A stretch of 64,000 nt of DNA from Eledone cirrhosa (Eukaryota): contig OZ024740.1 in NCBI GenBank assembly GCA_964016885.1, forward strand, positions 372,868,001-372,932,000, written 5' to 3'. A program made the position numbers and the translations under genes. Position 1 is the stretch's first letter, and every line of letters starts with the position of its first letter. Below the pieces are notes generated by a model. The model did not search any database, was not told the DNA's origin, and was given only the letters and a program-made list of their open reading frames with translations. This document shows, piece after piece, positions 42,170-56,800 of the stretch.

Positions 42170-44165
42170 TATAAATGATTCAAATGCTGTGCATGTTGAC
42201 TCAGATAAAACCGGTAATCTATACCATGTCGAGATGTGTACCTAATGTCACACAATTGCTATATATTGCAGTGACCAAAGCCTAGCGGGAAACTGATCTG
42301 TCTGATATTAAGGACATCAGCAACATTGGTTTAAAAATAGCTCCGGACCTTAATATTCAGGACCGGACTGAATCTCTGGAACCTGTTAATCCTCATTTTA
42401 TTCTGAAGTAACATAAACTGAATTCCGATACCAACCCATTTATTCGCCTCATCAACCCCACTAATTCTAATTTAGGTAAGGTTATTAAGAATAGATATGA
42501 TTCCTAAAAAAATCGGAGATATGACCACTTTAGCATTGTGAAATAATTGGTTTGTGGTGATTAATTGGTTGAATGACATACCTAATATGGACAAACAACG
42601 GGCTAACCAATTTGAACTAAAAAACTCTTCCCTCACCATTACCACTTGTTTTAGATATATTAATTTCGCCAAACACCCACGGTGATTAAGGATTTCGTCC
42701 TCGATGTCATCTTAAAGGCTCATAAAACCGTGAGTAACTTCGACAATTCTATTTGGTTTTTACAAAATAAAATAGTACTCCGTTGGAGGTGTGCATGGGC
42801 TCCAGCAATTCTTCAGAGGTCACAGATCTTCTTGGTCTACTTTTAATCTTTTCCATCAAGGATGACTTCCCTAATATAGATGGGTATTTACCGAGATGAT
42901 ATTCCTTTGTATTTAACAAAGTGCGGACCTCGAGCAATTTATAAGTTTAAAAAGGAGTTTATCGCTCTCCTTAATATTTCAGCCTTTCCATTGAAGCTGA
43001 CGCCAAACTATCTGCAGTGAATTTCCTCGGTGTTGCACTCAATATGCCGAAAGGCCTGTACTACCAGGATAGGAAGCCTAATAGCTCGTTAAATTATATT
43101 AGTAAGCATTCTACACATACAGATAGCATAACTAAGAATCTGGTCAAAACCGTCTAATTGAAGATTTCTCGTTCATCAGCTAACGAGCACAACTTCATAG
43201 ATCATCCCACATATTACAATAAGGTTCTAGCTCGGAGCGACTTTTATTGTCTTTCATCTTGAGATATAGACCGAATGTGAAGCCACATTCCTTCTTAAAA
43301 GGTCTCAAAATTAGGTAGAATTCTCTAAGTACAAGCAAAATAGATCTGGACGAAGTATATGGTATGATCCATATAAGATGGATGTGGCCACACCAATAGT
43401 TAAAGCGGCCCATATTTTAATAGGCAAGCATTTCCCTCTAACGCATAGATATCACAAGAATTTCAATAGAAACAGTTAAATATCCTATTCCACATCTGCC
43501 AACATAGCAGACAACACCACTGCATCTATCGTAGCTAAATTACCAAGCCTTAGTAATATAAACAATCCTGAAGTTAGTTTTAGCTGCAATTGTATCAATA
43601 GGGTCGACTGCCCTCAAGCCCAAAAATGCATATCAAATAGTAGAATTTATAAATGTAAGGTTGATACACCCACTACTAGTAAAGCTTACATAAGATTAAC
43701 TGCCGATAGATGTAAGCAACGTTTATACCTGCATGCTCATTCATTTTGAGACCCTTTAAGCAGGAATATGGCTTCACATTCAGTCTATATCTCGAGATGA
43801 AAGACAATAACATCCTATATAGTTTAAGCTGAGAGATTTTAGCTAAAGCTAGATTCAATAACGGAAATAAAATACTCTGTGATTATCGTGCCGCTGAAGC
43901 CGTGGAAATCCTTTTCGCCAACGAACGTTTTCTAAACAAAAAACCTTACCGCTTCAAACAATGATGCAATTCTCCTTGCACACCTTTCACCCAACTCAAT
44001 AAAACGTCATTAAGCACTACCGTAATATCTTCCTGCTTTATAAAGGCAATGTTCGGTCGAAATGTTTCTTTGAAATATTCACTTCTGTGTCTATAGATTC
44101 ATTTCTTTCACTTCCATATGATCCCACTTAATGTGAAAGCAGAAATTCATTGCTTAAAATTTAAA
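42170..44165 (+). mobile_element. Decayed Penelope-like element (Naiad-type): RT, GIY-YIG and degenerate terminal HHR
   Basis: DSDKTGNLY; LK*HK..IRLINPTNSNLGKV; VCMGSSNSSEVTDLLGL; GIYRDD; NFLGVALN; RKPNSSLNYISKHSTH; KHFP..HRYHKNFNRN; CNCINRVDCP..KCISNSRIYKC..AYIRLT; 44050-44165 resembles 45095-45195. Confidence 0.88.
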
Positions 44166-44169
44166 TCTG

Positions 44170-44227
<58 letters not shown>

Positions 44228-44262
44228 GCCACCACCACCACCATCCCTACTACTACTATTAT

Positions 44263-44312
<50 letters not shown>

Positions 44313-44332
44313 ACAACAATAATAATAATAAT
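44170..44332. repeat. (CTA)n/(CCA)n/(ATA)n trinucleotide tract
   Basis: Direct reading; continues from the 3' end of the minus-strand SINE fragment at 44330-44420. Confidence 0.95.
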
Positions 44333-44420
44333 TGTTTCTACTTTTGGCACAAGGCCAGCAAATACCCAGTGCATTACTGGTACTTTATTTTATCGACCCC
44401 GTAAGGATGAAAGGCAAAAA
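44330..44420 (-). mobile_element. SINE 3' fragment
   Basis: attgtttctacttttggcacaaggccagc...cagtgcattactggtactttattttatcgaccccgtaaggatgaaaggcaaa. Confidence 0.8.
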
Positions 44421-44430
44421 TAATATATAT

Positions 44431-45217
44431 ATACGTATTTATGTGTATATATTTCTATACGTTTATATAATTACATGTATACACGCACACTCACACACAC
44501 ATATATTTATATTTTTTGTATATATATTTTTATGTGTATTTGGTGTATACGTTCGTATGCGTGCTGGTACAGGCGTTGCGTGGGGTCTGTATGTGCGTGC
44601 ATGTGTTTTTTGTTGTTTTTTTTTGCGTTCGTGCTTGTATTGGCATACCCATTGCGGATCATATCGCCTATGCTTGTGTATGTACGTATATGGTTTGCGT
44701 GCACATATATATTTAATTTCAATTACTTCTGTAATTTATTTACTTTATTATTAACTCTGAAGCCGGGAATCATTCGGTTTCCTAATAGAATTTTAGTATA
44801 CGACTTGAGTTATACCATATACGTGGTTTTGTCTTTGCGTGAAATTGTTCTCACCGGTTCACATAATGACGTATCATCTTCGTTTTTTCCGTTCATTGCC
44901 AGAGAACGTCTCTATGAACCACCTAATAGAATATTAGTCTACGACTTCATTTATACCATAAACGTGATTTTGTCTTTGCGTGTACTTGTTTTCACCGCTT
45001 CAAATTATGACGTATTATCTTTGTCTTTATCCGTTCTTTGCCAGGGAACGTTTCCACGAATCAAAGTATCGTCTTCTTGTCTTCCTTCGGCTTCAACGTT
45101 TTTTGAAATATTTACTTCTGCGTATACAGATTGATCTGTTTTAGTTTCAGAAGATCCAGTTAAGGGTGAAAGCAGCGATTCTTTGCTTAAACTTTAAACT
45201 GTTATTTTAATAAATAT
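44431..45217 (+). repeat. Upstream pLTR (direct repeat) of the RT-less PLE; HHR at 45143-45193 with CAGAAGA core
   Basis: Aligns with 46313-47097; internal subrepeat cctaatagaa..ttagt.tacgactt..ttataccata occurs twice. Confidence 0.85.
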
Positions 45218-45335
45218 TTGCTCTACGGTTCTAATATATTTGATATATCCTTATCGATCCCTCTTTGGATTTTAGTCTTCAAACTTATTACTATTTGGCT
45301 CCCTCGGTTGAGCACTCTATTGACTAATATTCATC

Positions 45336-45946
45336 ATGCAGAAACAACATCTGAATATTTCTACAAAGAACATACCCGAACCAAGCAGGAAAACATACCT
45401 AAAACTCATGATACAACAAACTGACGCGTTCATTAAAAGGTTGCGATGGCGTGCCTTTTATTTCGATAATCAGGGAAAAACAGACAACAAAAAGGATACA
45501 TTCGGGTTTAAAACCAATAATAACCCGCCGAGTAACCCAGCTTTGCTACGGGTTGACTGCCCCCTATCCGGGAAATGCCTCTCTAGTAACATTGTTTACA
45601 AATGTAAGGTTGGGACACCCACGCCCCGTAGGGCCTACATAGGGTTAACCGCCAATAGATTCAAGCAGCGTCTTTACATACACACCCATCTCTTCTTAAC
45701 CCTTTAAGAAGGAATTTGACGTCACTTTCAGCTTGGATCTGGAATCTAAAAGACAACCACACCCAATATAATTTACACTGGGTGATCCCAGCTGAGGCTA
45801 GATCGTATAACGGAAATAAAAGACCACCTGACCTCTGCGCCACTGAGGCCCTACAAATACTCTACGCCAAAGACCACATACTAAATGAAAAATCTAAGGC
45901 AATTTCTGCTTGTAAACATACATTGCACGAAACTTTCCTGTATTAA
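45336..45946 (+). pseudogene. Naiad-type PLE ORF with the whole RT deleted: N-terminus fused in frame to GIY-YIG endonuclease; one frameshift near 45695
   Basis: MQKQHLNISTKNIP..FIKRLRWRAFYF..FGFKT..PP | RVDCPLSGKCLSSNIVYKC..YIGLT..FKQRLY.H | TSLSAWIWNLKD..W..Y..LC.TEAL.IL..LN.KS..ISACKH. Confidence 0.88.
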
Positions 45947-46312
45947 AGACCCACTTTATACCCTAACAGATAGTACGAACTATACGCGGATATTTTACGT
46001 CTTGATGTGGTAGCTAAGTATATGTTATGATTATAACATTACTCATTTGTATAGGTAAGTATATTTTACCTGTATGTTTTGTGGTGGTACTTATACTTTC
46101 TCGTACGTATATTTGCTTGTATATGTTATGGCGTATATATTTTATATACTGGTACATGTGCATATGGCTATGCGTATACGTGAGTTTAGCATCTGTTTGA
46201 GTATGCGGGTTCGTAGTATGTAGGCTGTGTGTATATGTGCACTTTGTGTTTTGGTTGACGTGCGTCTGCATACATATCTGTATTTACAGCTGGTATGTGT
46301 GTGAGCGTGTTT

Positions 46313-47097
46313 ATACGTATTTATGTGTGTATATTTCAATACGTTTATATAATTATATATATACGCGCACACTCACACACACACATATATATATATATAT
46401 GTGTTTTATATATATTTTTATGTGTATTTGGTATATACGTTCGTATGCCTGCGGGTACAGGCGTTACGTGTGGTCTGTATGTGCGTGCGTTTTTTTGTTT
46501 TTTTTGTGTACGTGCCTGTATTGGCATACCCAGTGCGGATGTTTTCGCGTATGCTTGTGTATGTAGGTATATATTTGCGTGCATGTATATATTTAATTTC
46601 AATTACCTCTGTAATTTATTTACTTTATTCTTAACTCTGAAGCCGGGAATCATTCGGTTTCCTAATAGAAATTTAGTCTACGACTTCAGTTATACCATAT
46701 ACGTGGTTCCGTCCGTCTTTGCGTGTAATTATTCTCCCGTCCACATAATGACGTATTATCTTCGTTTTCTGCGTTCATTGCCAGAGAACGTCTCCATGAA
46801 CCACCTAATAGAATATTAGTCTACGACTTCATTTATACGATAAACGTGGTTTTGTCTTTGCGTGTAATTGTTTTCACCGCTCGAAGTTATGGCGTTTTAT
46901 CTTTTTCTTTATCCTTTCTTTGCCAGGGAACGTTTCCACGAACCAAAGTATCGTCTTTCTGTCTTCCTTCGCTTGCAACGTTTTTTGAAATATTTACTTC
47001 TGCGTATACAGATTGATCTTTTTAGTTTCTGAAGATCCCATTAAGGGTGAAAGCAGCGATTCTTTGCTTAAACTTTAATCTGTTATTTTAATAAATA
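46313..47097 (+). repeat. Downstream pLTR
   Basis: Direct repeat of 44431-45217; ends at (TA)n. Confidence 0.85.
47024..47074 (+). ncRNA. Type I HHR in pLTR
   Basis: agttt CTGAAGA t ccc attaa ggg t GAAA gca gcgattctt tgc TT aaact. Confidence 0.75.
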
Positions 47098-47128
47098 TAT
47101 ATATATATACATATTTATATATATATAT

Positions 47129-47795
<667 letters not shown>

Positions 47796-47990
47796 ATATA
47801 TATATATATATATATATATGCATAGGAGATGTTTTGTTATGTTGAATACACATTTATCATATACCAATCAATGCATATTGTGGTTTGCATGTCGACCTCA
47901 TTCCAAATGTGTAAATAATTTGTATCCAAATCCACGTACGCATATGCATTGATATATAGATGCCTATATAAAGGAATATATATATATGTA

Positions 47991-48185
47991 TCTAGAGCGG
48001 GTAAAATTCCCGAGATCCATGGACGAGTTTTATCCAGTGGTCTCTGTCCCTTATTATCGCTGCCATGTCCTGCGTCTCCAACATAAAAGTGTCTGTCCTT
48101 AGGGCATCAACATACTTTAACCTTGGTCTTCCTCTTCCAGTGTATCCATGCAGCGCCTCCCACAGGGGCACTGAGTGCAAACTCT
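47991..48185 (-). mobile_element. RTE LINE 3' terminal fragment
   Basis: LWEALHG...GRPRLKYVDALRTD...IIRDRDHW; ends cgggaattttacccgctctaga then TA. Confidence 0.85.
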
Positions 48186-48726
48186 GGACTTTTATATATA
48201 TTCATAAATAAATAGATAAATAAATAAATAAATAAATAAATACATACACAAGCACAATAACAACAAACACATATAAATACACACTAGTAAACATAGAATA
48301 CATTAACCAATACACAGTCACCCAATCACGAACACACATCAAACAAAACACTATACACACACACAAACGCATGCGCAAAGAAGACAAAATAAAATAAACA
48401 AACAAACAAATAAATAAATAAATATATAAACAGACTAAATAAAGATGGCGTAGAAATACAATGCAACGGGAGGAATATATAGCACCAGTGACGATGTTGC
48501 AGATGTGCAACGAAAGAACTTTGATAAACAATATATATGTGTTTGTGTCTATATTGTATCTGTATTATTTTTTACCGTTGGTCAGTCAATGGTAACATTG
48601 AGGACCGAATAAATTAGATTACCGATATAAAAGACACAGAAGCGAAAAGCGAAAACTAACCAAACAGTGAATGTGTTCTGTTATTAATTCTGGCAATATT
48701 ACACAAATATGACACTCCAAAAGTAT

Positions 48727-48815
<89 letters not shown>

Positions 48816-48867
48816 TATATATATATATATATATATATATTCATATATATATATATATATATATATA

Positions 48868-48903
<36 letters not shown>

Positions 48904-48929
48904 TATATATATATATTTATATATATATA

Positions 48930-49057
<128 letters not shown>

Positions 49058-49236
49058 TATATATATATATATTCATATATATATATACATAAATATATAT
49101 GTATATGTATATATATGTGTATATATATGCATATATTTATACGTATATATATACACATATTCATATAAATATATATAAATATGTATATATATATATATAT
49201 ATATATTCATATATTTATATATATATATATATATAT

Positions 49237-49305
<69 letters not shown>

Positions 49306-49308
<3 letters not shown>

Positions 49309-49880
49309 TGGCTGCCAACTCGTTTTCGAGTACGGCCACTACTTTATATCCATGTAGGAGAATCCTTACCGAAGCGCTGAACGAGTGTGACTTTTTAGTC
49401 CAGCCATCGACTTGAAAACTCTGGTACAAACACTACACTTGTGACAATTATTGACACATAGTGCTGGGCCCATGGTACCATGTGACGACAATTGCAGAGA
49501 GATCTCCAGATATAAAACAATGCCTGTGCCGTGAAGATTTTATAGTGAGCAAAGGCACTGCACAAAGCCAGTCCCACTCTCTTAACCAAGATGATATTTA
49601 CAAAAAAGAAGAACAAGTCAAGATCATTGGATACCATCAGGCTTACAGGTGTTATATCAGAGTTTTCCTTCTCCTAGAATTCTGCCTTGACAAAGGCTAA
49701 GGGATCATCTCTCTCGGTGATTTTGGATGGCCATCGACTCTTAAGAGTTCCATTGCCGTTTGACAGGTTTTGTTTTTAGTTCTGCAGGATGTCCAAAGTC
49801 ACCCTCCTCACCAAGAAACCTTGGTGGGGTTGCCAGTTTAGTCGCCAACGTCCCGACCATGAGACAGGTTGTACTGGGAT
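49306..49880 (+). mobile_element. Family D near-complete copy (non-coding; resembles an RTE 5' UTR)
   Basis: Third locus of this family in the window; motifs agagttttccttctcctag..tgcc..aaggctaa and gttgccagtttagtcgccaac recall RTE 5' UTRs (from memory, unverified). Confidence 0.8.
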
Positions 49881-49916
49881 ATATATACATACATATATAC
49901 ATACATACATATATAG

Positions 49917-49976
<60 letters not shown>

Positions 49977-50177
49977 TATATACATAAGTTTATACCGGAT
50001 TCAATCGGGGGTAACCACACTATGTAAGGTACTCAATACATAGCAGAGTATGAATACTTAATTTAGAAATGACTTCCACACGACTAGAATTGATTCATTC
50101 TCCGCAATGAATCAGTCCTGTAGAAGCCATTTCGCCCCCACCCCCCATTTCTCTCTCTCTTTTTCTCTCTCTCTCTA

Positions 50178-50271
<94 letters not shown>

Positions 50272-50639
50272 TATATATAATATTTAATATATATATATAT
50301 ATTTATAATACATATATATATAAAATATAAATAAATATATTCATATATATATATATGACCAAATATATGGTTCATTGATTACTCAATGAATATAGTTTTA
50401 CAATAGATTAAAAGCTCTCTACAAAGAAGTTTTCTTTCATATATCAATTCATGTATTTTATCTCACGAGGACGTACTGAAAAAACACCACAGTACATTCG
50501 AAATATATATATAATAAAACATATTTTGATTATTTGAATGTCTTCATATATTAATATTCTGAATAATATATATATCAATATATACATAGTTATACATAAA
50601 TATATATATATGTTTATATATAAATATATATTTAAACAT

Positions 50640-50805
<166 letters not shown>

Positions 50806-51465
50806 TTATATATATATGGAATTTTTACATGCCATACTGTTTATATGCGTAGAAGTAAAATATTCCTTGTGCTGATCTCAGCAGTTTTCCATGTCACGCT
50901 ATCTTGACAGATTCGTTTATTCCAATATCAGATTTCAAATCACTGAAAGAAAGTGCAGCATACTTTCCAAGAAATTGGCATCTAGATATTTGCATTCGAA
51001 TATGTATTTTTTTAAATATGAATAAATTGCATAAAATTGAATTGGCTAATGTTAAATCCAGCACGCACTATTGGTAGTCATATAGATGTCGTTTGCAACG
51101 GCAGCTCATACATCTGTAGTAATATGTATATATATTCATGGGACTGTATACACGCAAGTATGCAATAGTGTATCGAAAACTGCATAAACATTTCTATCTA
51201 TGATTATATATTCTTCTACGTATACATACATAAACACATGGTTATATAAATATATGTATATACACACACAAACATAGATATATATATATGTATACACTCA
51301 CACACACACACACAGATACATTTTTCTAAAAAGATGAATCATACACAAAACGCCAGCATCAACAGTTTTCCAAGAGATGTCAACATTAATGAACCTGTTA
51401 TTTTTATCTTAAGACATGTTTATCCCCCCCCCCCGTCCATTCAATCTATCTTATTCATCATTCTT

Positions 51466-51501
51466 TCTTCTGATGAAGGAATATCATCCGAAACGTTAAG
51501 A
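51466..51501 (+). ncRNA. Minimal type I HHR
   Basis: tctt CTGATGA a gga atatca tcc GAAA cg TT aaga; palindromic AACGTT stem III. Confidence 0.75.
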
Positions 51502-51761
51502 CCCTCTTCTTTCTATTTCAAGCGTTAACCTAATATATTCCTTTCATATACTGTATCGATTGTGGTGTTATTTCTGTTTACATTTTACATACATACATAC
51601 ATATATATATATATAACGAAGGAATTGTGGTAAGGAACCAGATGGACCATAACGCACCAAAGTACTCAATACTTACGGTAGTAGAGTGGGTAATAGGAAC
51701 AAGTATGACCCCCATGTATATACATATATATATATATATATGCATACATACATACTCATAC

Positions 51762-51858
<97 letters not shown>

Positions 51859-52079
51859 GAACTACATAAAAGGATAAAGCTATTAGCGATACTCCGACGG
51901 ATTTCCAACTCACTCAACAAACATTAGGAAATACCGGTGTATATTCACAATTAAACGTTTGGAGTGCTCACTATATTGTATTGTGTGGATAATTGGCTGT
52001 ATATGAGATATATTAAAGATGTGCATGTGTATGTATATATATTATATTTTTATATATATGTATATATATATATATAACT

Positions 52080-53477
52080 CCATAGCACATAGTATAACCC
52101 TCACAATATCCCACCTATCTTCGAACCTATACATTTTTAACGAACACGCAAACTATTATAACATAGCTTTACATAAGGCTGGGCCTAAGGAGAAGCTGGA
52201 ATACATACTAGATAGAGACACCAGCAACAAACTTAACGACAACAACATTACCCGCTCATATAGAAGTAACAAGCATAGGACTAAGCATAGAATTAGATAA
52301 CGAGCACCAAAAATAACTGAACCGAACACTAATATAGGACCCCCCAAAAATATAGAAGATCCAGACATAGAAAGTACCTATGGTTTAATCCAATATTAAA
52401 CTCCTCTATAAAACCTAAACTACCTTCTATATTCCTTAAACTAATAAACAAGCACTTCCCTACACTATACAAACAGCTAGAATATAAGATTAGCTGGTCA
52501 AAATTATCGGTAGCAAGGGCCTACTGCAACGGAATATCCCACTGCGGACTTTGTAATTTAGAACTACTCCATATTTTAAGGTAGGATGGGATGCTACTTA
52601 ACAACAAAGTAGAAAGATCAATTTTCTGGAGGCCTAAAACAGCTACCAGATTCACAAACTTCAAACCACCATGATTTGAACCAGCATTCCCAAAATTAGA
52701 ACTGAACCACCTGGAATTTAGTATATAGAATACTCACCATCACACTGCTATGAGCTGTCAAACGGCCAACTGGTCACTGAATCATAAATCTCTGAACGTC
52801 TCTTTCACCCTCTTTTTTGACACAGCATCAACCCCATTAATATAGAACAATCAGCAAAACATTTACAACACACGTTTGTCAAACCTCCCTTCACAATCCA
52901 CCCCTAGCCCTTAAATCTCATACTTGTATCCCCCAATTAATCTCTAATTTATTGCCTTTTCTTTTTTCTTTTATCTGTTATTACATAAGACTCTCTACAC
53001 GTATCTATGTATATTTCGAATCTGGTTTTTTCATGTTAGCACTAAACCCACCAAAGAATCCTTATAAGAACACTTACTCACCACCACCACAAACATACTC
53101 TGTACTTACGTGCTCTCACTTATCCTTATTTCTTTCTTTATATTTTCCATTTTCTTATTTTGTTACTTTTTTAATGTATCCTATCTTATCTTTTACTTTT
53201 TACTTTTTACATCTGTAACTTCTCAACCTATTTACCATATATGTTTTATTATTGGTGTTATTGTTTTGATTATACGCTATTCTTCTATATACGTCTTCCT
53301 TCGAGTGAATTATTTTTATATCTACGTACTCTGATGTGTTGATCAGAGGTAAATAATGTATTGGAGATCGAGTGACGCAACTTCAAGCGATTAGCGACCT
53401 CTAGACCCACATGATCAATGAAACAATTGTCAGTACTTGAAGTAAAGCCCCTTATTGTACAGCCAACCATGTTACTC

Positions 53478-53480
<3 letters not shown>
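52080..53480 (+). mobile_element. 5'-truncated, internally deleted Naiad-type PLE (C-terminal remnants 52095-52675) with family C 3' end
   Basis: ISHLSSNLYIFNEHANYYNIALHKAG..EKLEY; LWFNP; LINKHFP; KISWSKLSVARAYCNGISHCGLCNLELLHIL; (TA)n on both sides. Confidence 0.78.
53326..53436 (+). ncRNA. Type I HHR, A9U variant, extended stem II
   Basis: gtact CTGATGT gttgatca ...66 nt... tgatcaat GAAA caattg TC agtac. Confidence 0.75.
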
Positions 53481-53547
<67 letters not shown>

Positions 53548-53558
53548 TGTGTGTGTAA

Positions 53559-53596
<38 letters not shown>

Positions 53597-53615
53597 GTGT
53601 GTGTGTAAGTATATA

Positions 53616-53698
<83 letters not shown>

Positions 53699-53717
53699 GT
53701 GTGTGTGTAAGTATATA

Positions 53718-53781
<64 letters not shown>

Positions 53782-53801
53782 CGTGTGTGTGTAAGTATAT
53801 A

Positions 53802-53884
<83 letters not shown>

Positions 53885-56800
53885 GGAGAGGGAGAGATAG
53901 AGAGAGAGAGAGATAATGAGAGAGAGATAGGTAGCTAGATAAATAGATAAATATTAATAAAGTATAATTATCTGACGTAATCAAACATTGTTCAAACCTT
54001 GTGTCATGTAATAATTGTTTCTACTTTTGGCACAAGGCTAGCAATTAACCAATGCATTACTGGTACTTGTGTCATGTAATAATAAAACGTTGAATAATAA
54101 TTTGAATTAAGCACTTTCGTCTGCCGTCAAATTTATAATGATTTATATTTAGATATTTTTAAAAGTTTACGAAAGCACCATACTTGACTGTATGAATCTA
54201 TGCATGCATATATGTATATATATGTGTGTATGTAAATTTTGTACAACGGTCCGTCCAAAAATGAGTGCCCTGTAGCTGAAGTCAGTTTTGGTCTCCGTAT
54301 CTATCAGATACAACATCTGACGCAGCTTCTGTAAGGTATCACCGAACGAATTATGGCACTTCGGTCGCCACTGAGTTGCACGTATTATTGGTGCTGATGC
54401 GCATGTGAGGAATGTATTTTATGATGTACGTGTATATTTTTCCTTTTTTATTTTTTGACATGCGTTAGTATTCTTTTAGATACTTGCGAGCCTTATATGT
54501 GTCTGTGTATTTGAGGTGTTAATTTCCAGCTAGTGGTAGGTATAGATTATATCCCTCGGTTCGCATCACATTATTTATTTCAGGTGTGTTGATTTCATCT
54601 CGCTATAATCAGTATTTTCTTGTAGTTTATAGAGATTCATTAATACGGGATTTGGAAATCTAATCCACGATGAATCTTAAATATTCGTATACTACTTTAG
54701 TTTTCTTTCCTGATGATCACATAGCTTTCATTATATTGCTTTATCTTTAGGCGTCGTTTTAAACATTATTTTCTATTCCCTAATGTGGTATTGTAACTGC
54801 TGCGCACGTATAGTGTGTAACAGTTATTATAGTGTGAAATTGCTTAATTATATTGCTATGGGTGATAGTTGGTATTTATTTCATATTTGCCGTTAATATT
54901 AGTCGTTAGCTGCTAAATAAAACAGGTGAGGTTTCTATTTGATTTATGTGGCGTTGAACTCGTTGTTCTACAGAGTCTGAAAAACGGTGCTTTGATGTAT
55001 GATGTAAACTACACATGATATTACAAATCTATTCACCGCATCCCTTATTATGATCAAGTACATCAAATAGACTCCAGCGCTGAATATTCCGCATTTTTAT
55101 ATGTATGAAATCCAAGATGACATCATCACATAAGACATTTGGTAAGTGATTAGAAAGAGATTTAACATAATATGGTTGCTCTCTCTAGAAGTAATTTTGT
55201 AGGTATAGATAGAAAAGAGGTTTTGTGAGAAACTGCAAGTTCTTAAAATGTTGTTGATGTGAGAGTGAAGGCGATTTGAAAAATGTTGTTGATGTGCGAT
55301 TTGTTGTAAGGCGATTTGAAAGACACTTTGCATGCAACCATTTTATGATATTTCTCACGTTACTGCTTAGTATATTTTGTATGAATGAACTGTCAAAACC
55401 TTTGTTGATATCAATAATAATTAAATTGGGATGTAAGTGAATTTATTTTATTGTTGAATCCAGTACACATTTTCTTTGGTATATGTTTAAATAGTCTGGT
55501 AGTTAAATTTAGCTGTTTGATGATCTTGTTTTTAGCGAGAAATTTTACAATCCTGCAACGTTTGGATATGTACATAGAAGAATGATAGGCTTGTAAGATG
55601 ACATTTAGTGTGAGCTTTGATGCGCTTTAGAATTTGTACAAAAGGATATAACTAAACAATTTTAGAACTTTTGCTAGGGCCAATCGTCACACACACTGTA
55701 AGAAAAAATGACTACTGGCATTTTATGTATTTGCGAAATTCATTGAGAGAGAGGAATCAAATCATAATGAATTATGTGTAATTCATATAGAATGTGGCAC
55801 ACAAGCAAACACCTGGATCAAATCCTGTTAGCAAAATGCAGTCCATTACACGCACAAATGTTGATGCAACAGATGATGGAATAATTATAACATTTAAGAA
55901 CATGAATATTCCCTTCGACTGGCCTCCACGTAGTTACATAAACTGCATTCACACCCTTAACCAAAGAATAAGTTTTTAGAATAAAACATAGAGCCATACG
56001 CAACGTTCCCATTACAAGCCTTGCCTGATAGCATGACTATGACTATGCCCATATGACATTCATGATATTGTCAAAACCAATAGTATCATGGGAGGAAATA
56101 AATCGTTGGAAAACAAATAATTCGATCAGGTTTAGTTACACGGAATATCTAAGCGGAATTGGTTAATAGTATCTCTTAATTAGATACCAAAACACACAAT
56201 CTTTAGAGGAAAATGAAACTTGTTATAAAACCTTCACCATTTCCCAAAGGAATTATTAAGTAAATGAAATTAAATAGCAAGAGATTTCTTGAGAATCTCT
56301 GTTACTGAGTTAATTAAAAATTAGTTTTGTCTACTTTTAAGCAGCCCAATACACCAACGACAAATAACACATGTTTTTTCTCAAGTGCATTATTGGTGCA
56401 AATGAATTAAAATGATTATACGCCGGAAATCGAAACTGCATAAAATTTGGAGTTCACTGGACAATTCATGCCAGTTTGTCATTACTAGAAACAGATTCTT
56501 ATACAATTCTGAGAAGTAATTTACTAGCTTATACACTGGATGAATGATATCTGTGTATGGACATGATAGTGATTTCATGAGTGAATACTTTTCTCTGGGC
56601 ATGAATGTGACACATCATAATTTTCTATGACATATAAAATCGAAGAACTCGTCTATGCTAAGCAATATACCAACACTAATTTACTGATATTATTGGTCCA
56701 TGCCTCTTGACAAATATTAATCAAAGAGACGATATTCTGCTCCATTATAAAGCAATATTTCACAAAAAAAATCTTCCTACTAGATAGTTTACGAATGAAG

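Noticed and set aside
43570-45946. Selenocysteine recoding, reported for some Naiad PLEs
   Set aside because: The Cys positions I could read use TGC/TGT; no in-frame TGA at those sites and no convincing SECIS
49461-49700. 79-aa ORF shared with 10846-11085
   Set aside because: GTG start, disrupted in the 8420 copy; conservation explained by recent copying
54242-54270. Possible mariner-like terminus (tacaacggtccgtccaaaaa)
   Set aside because: No matching second TIR or transposase found
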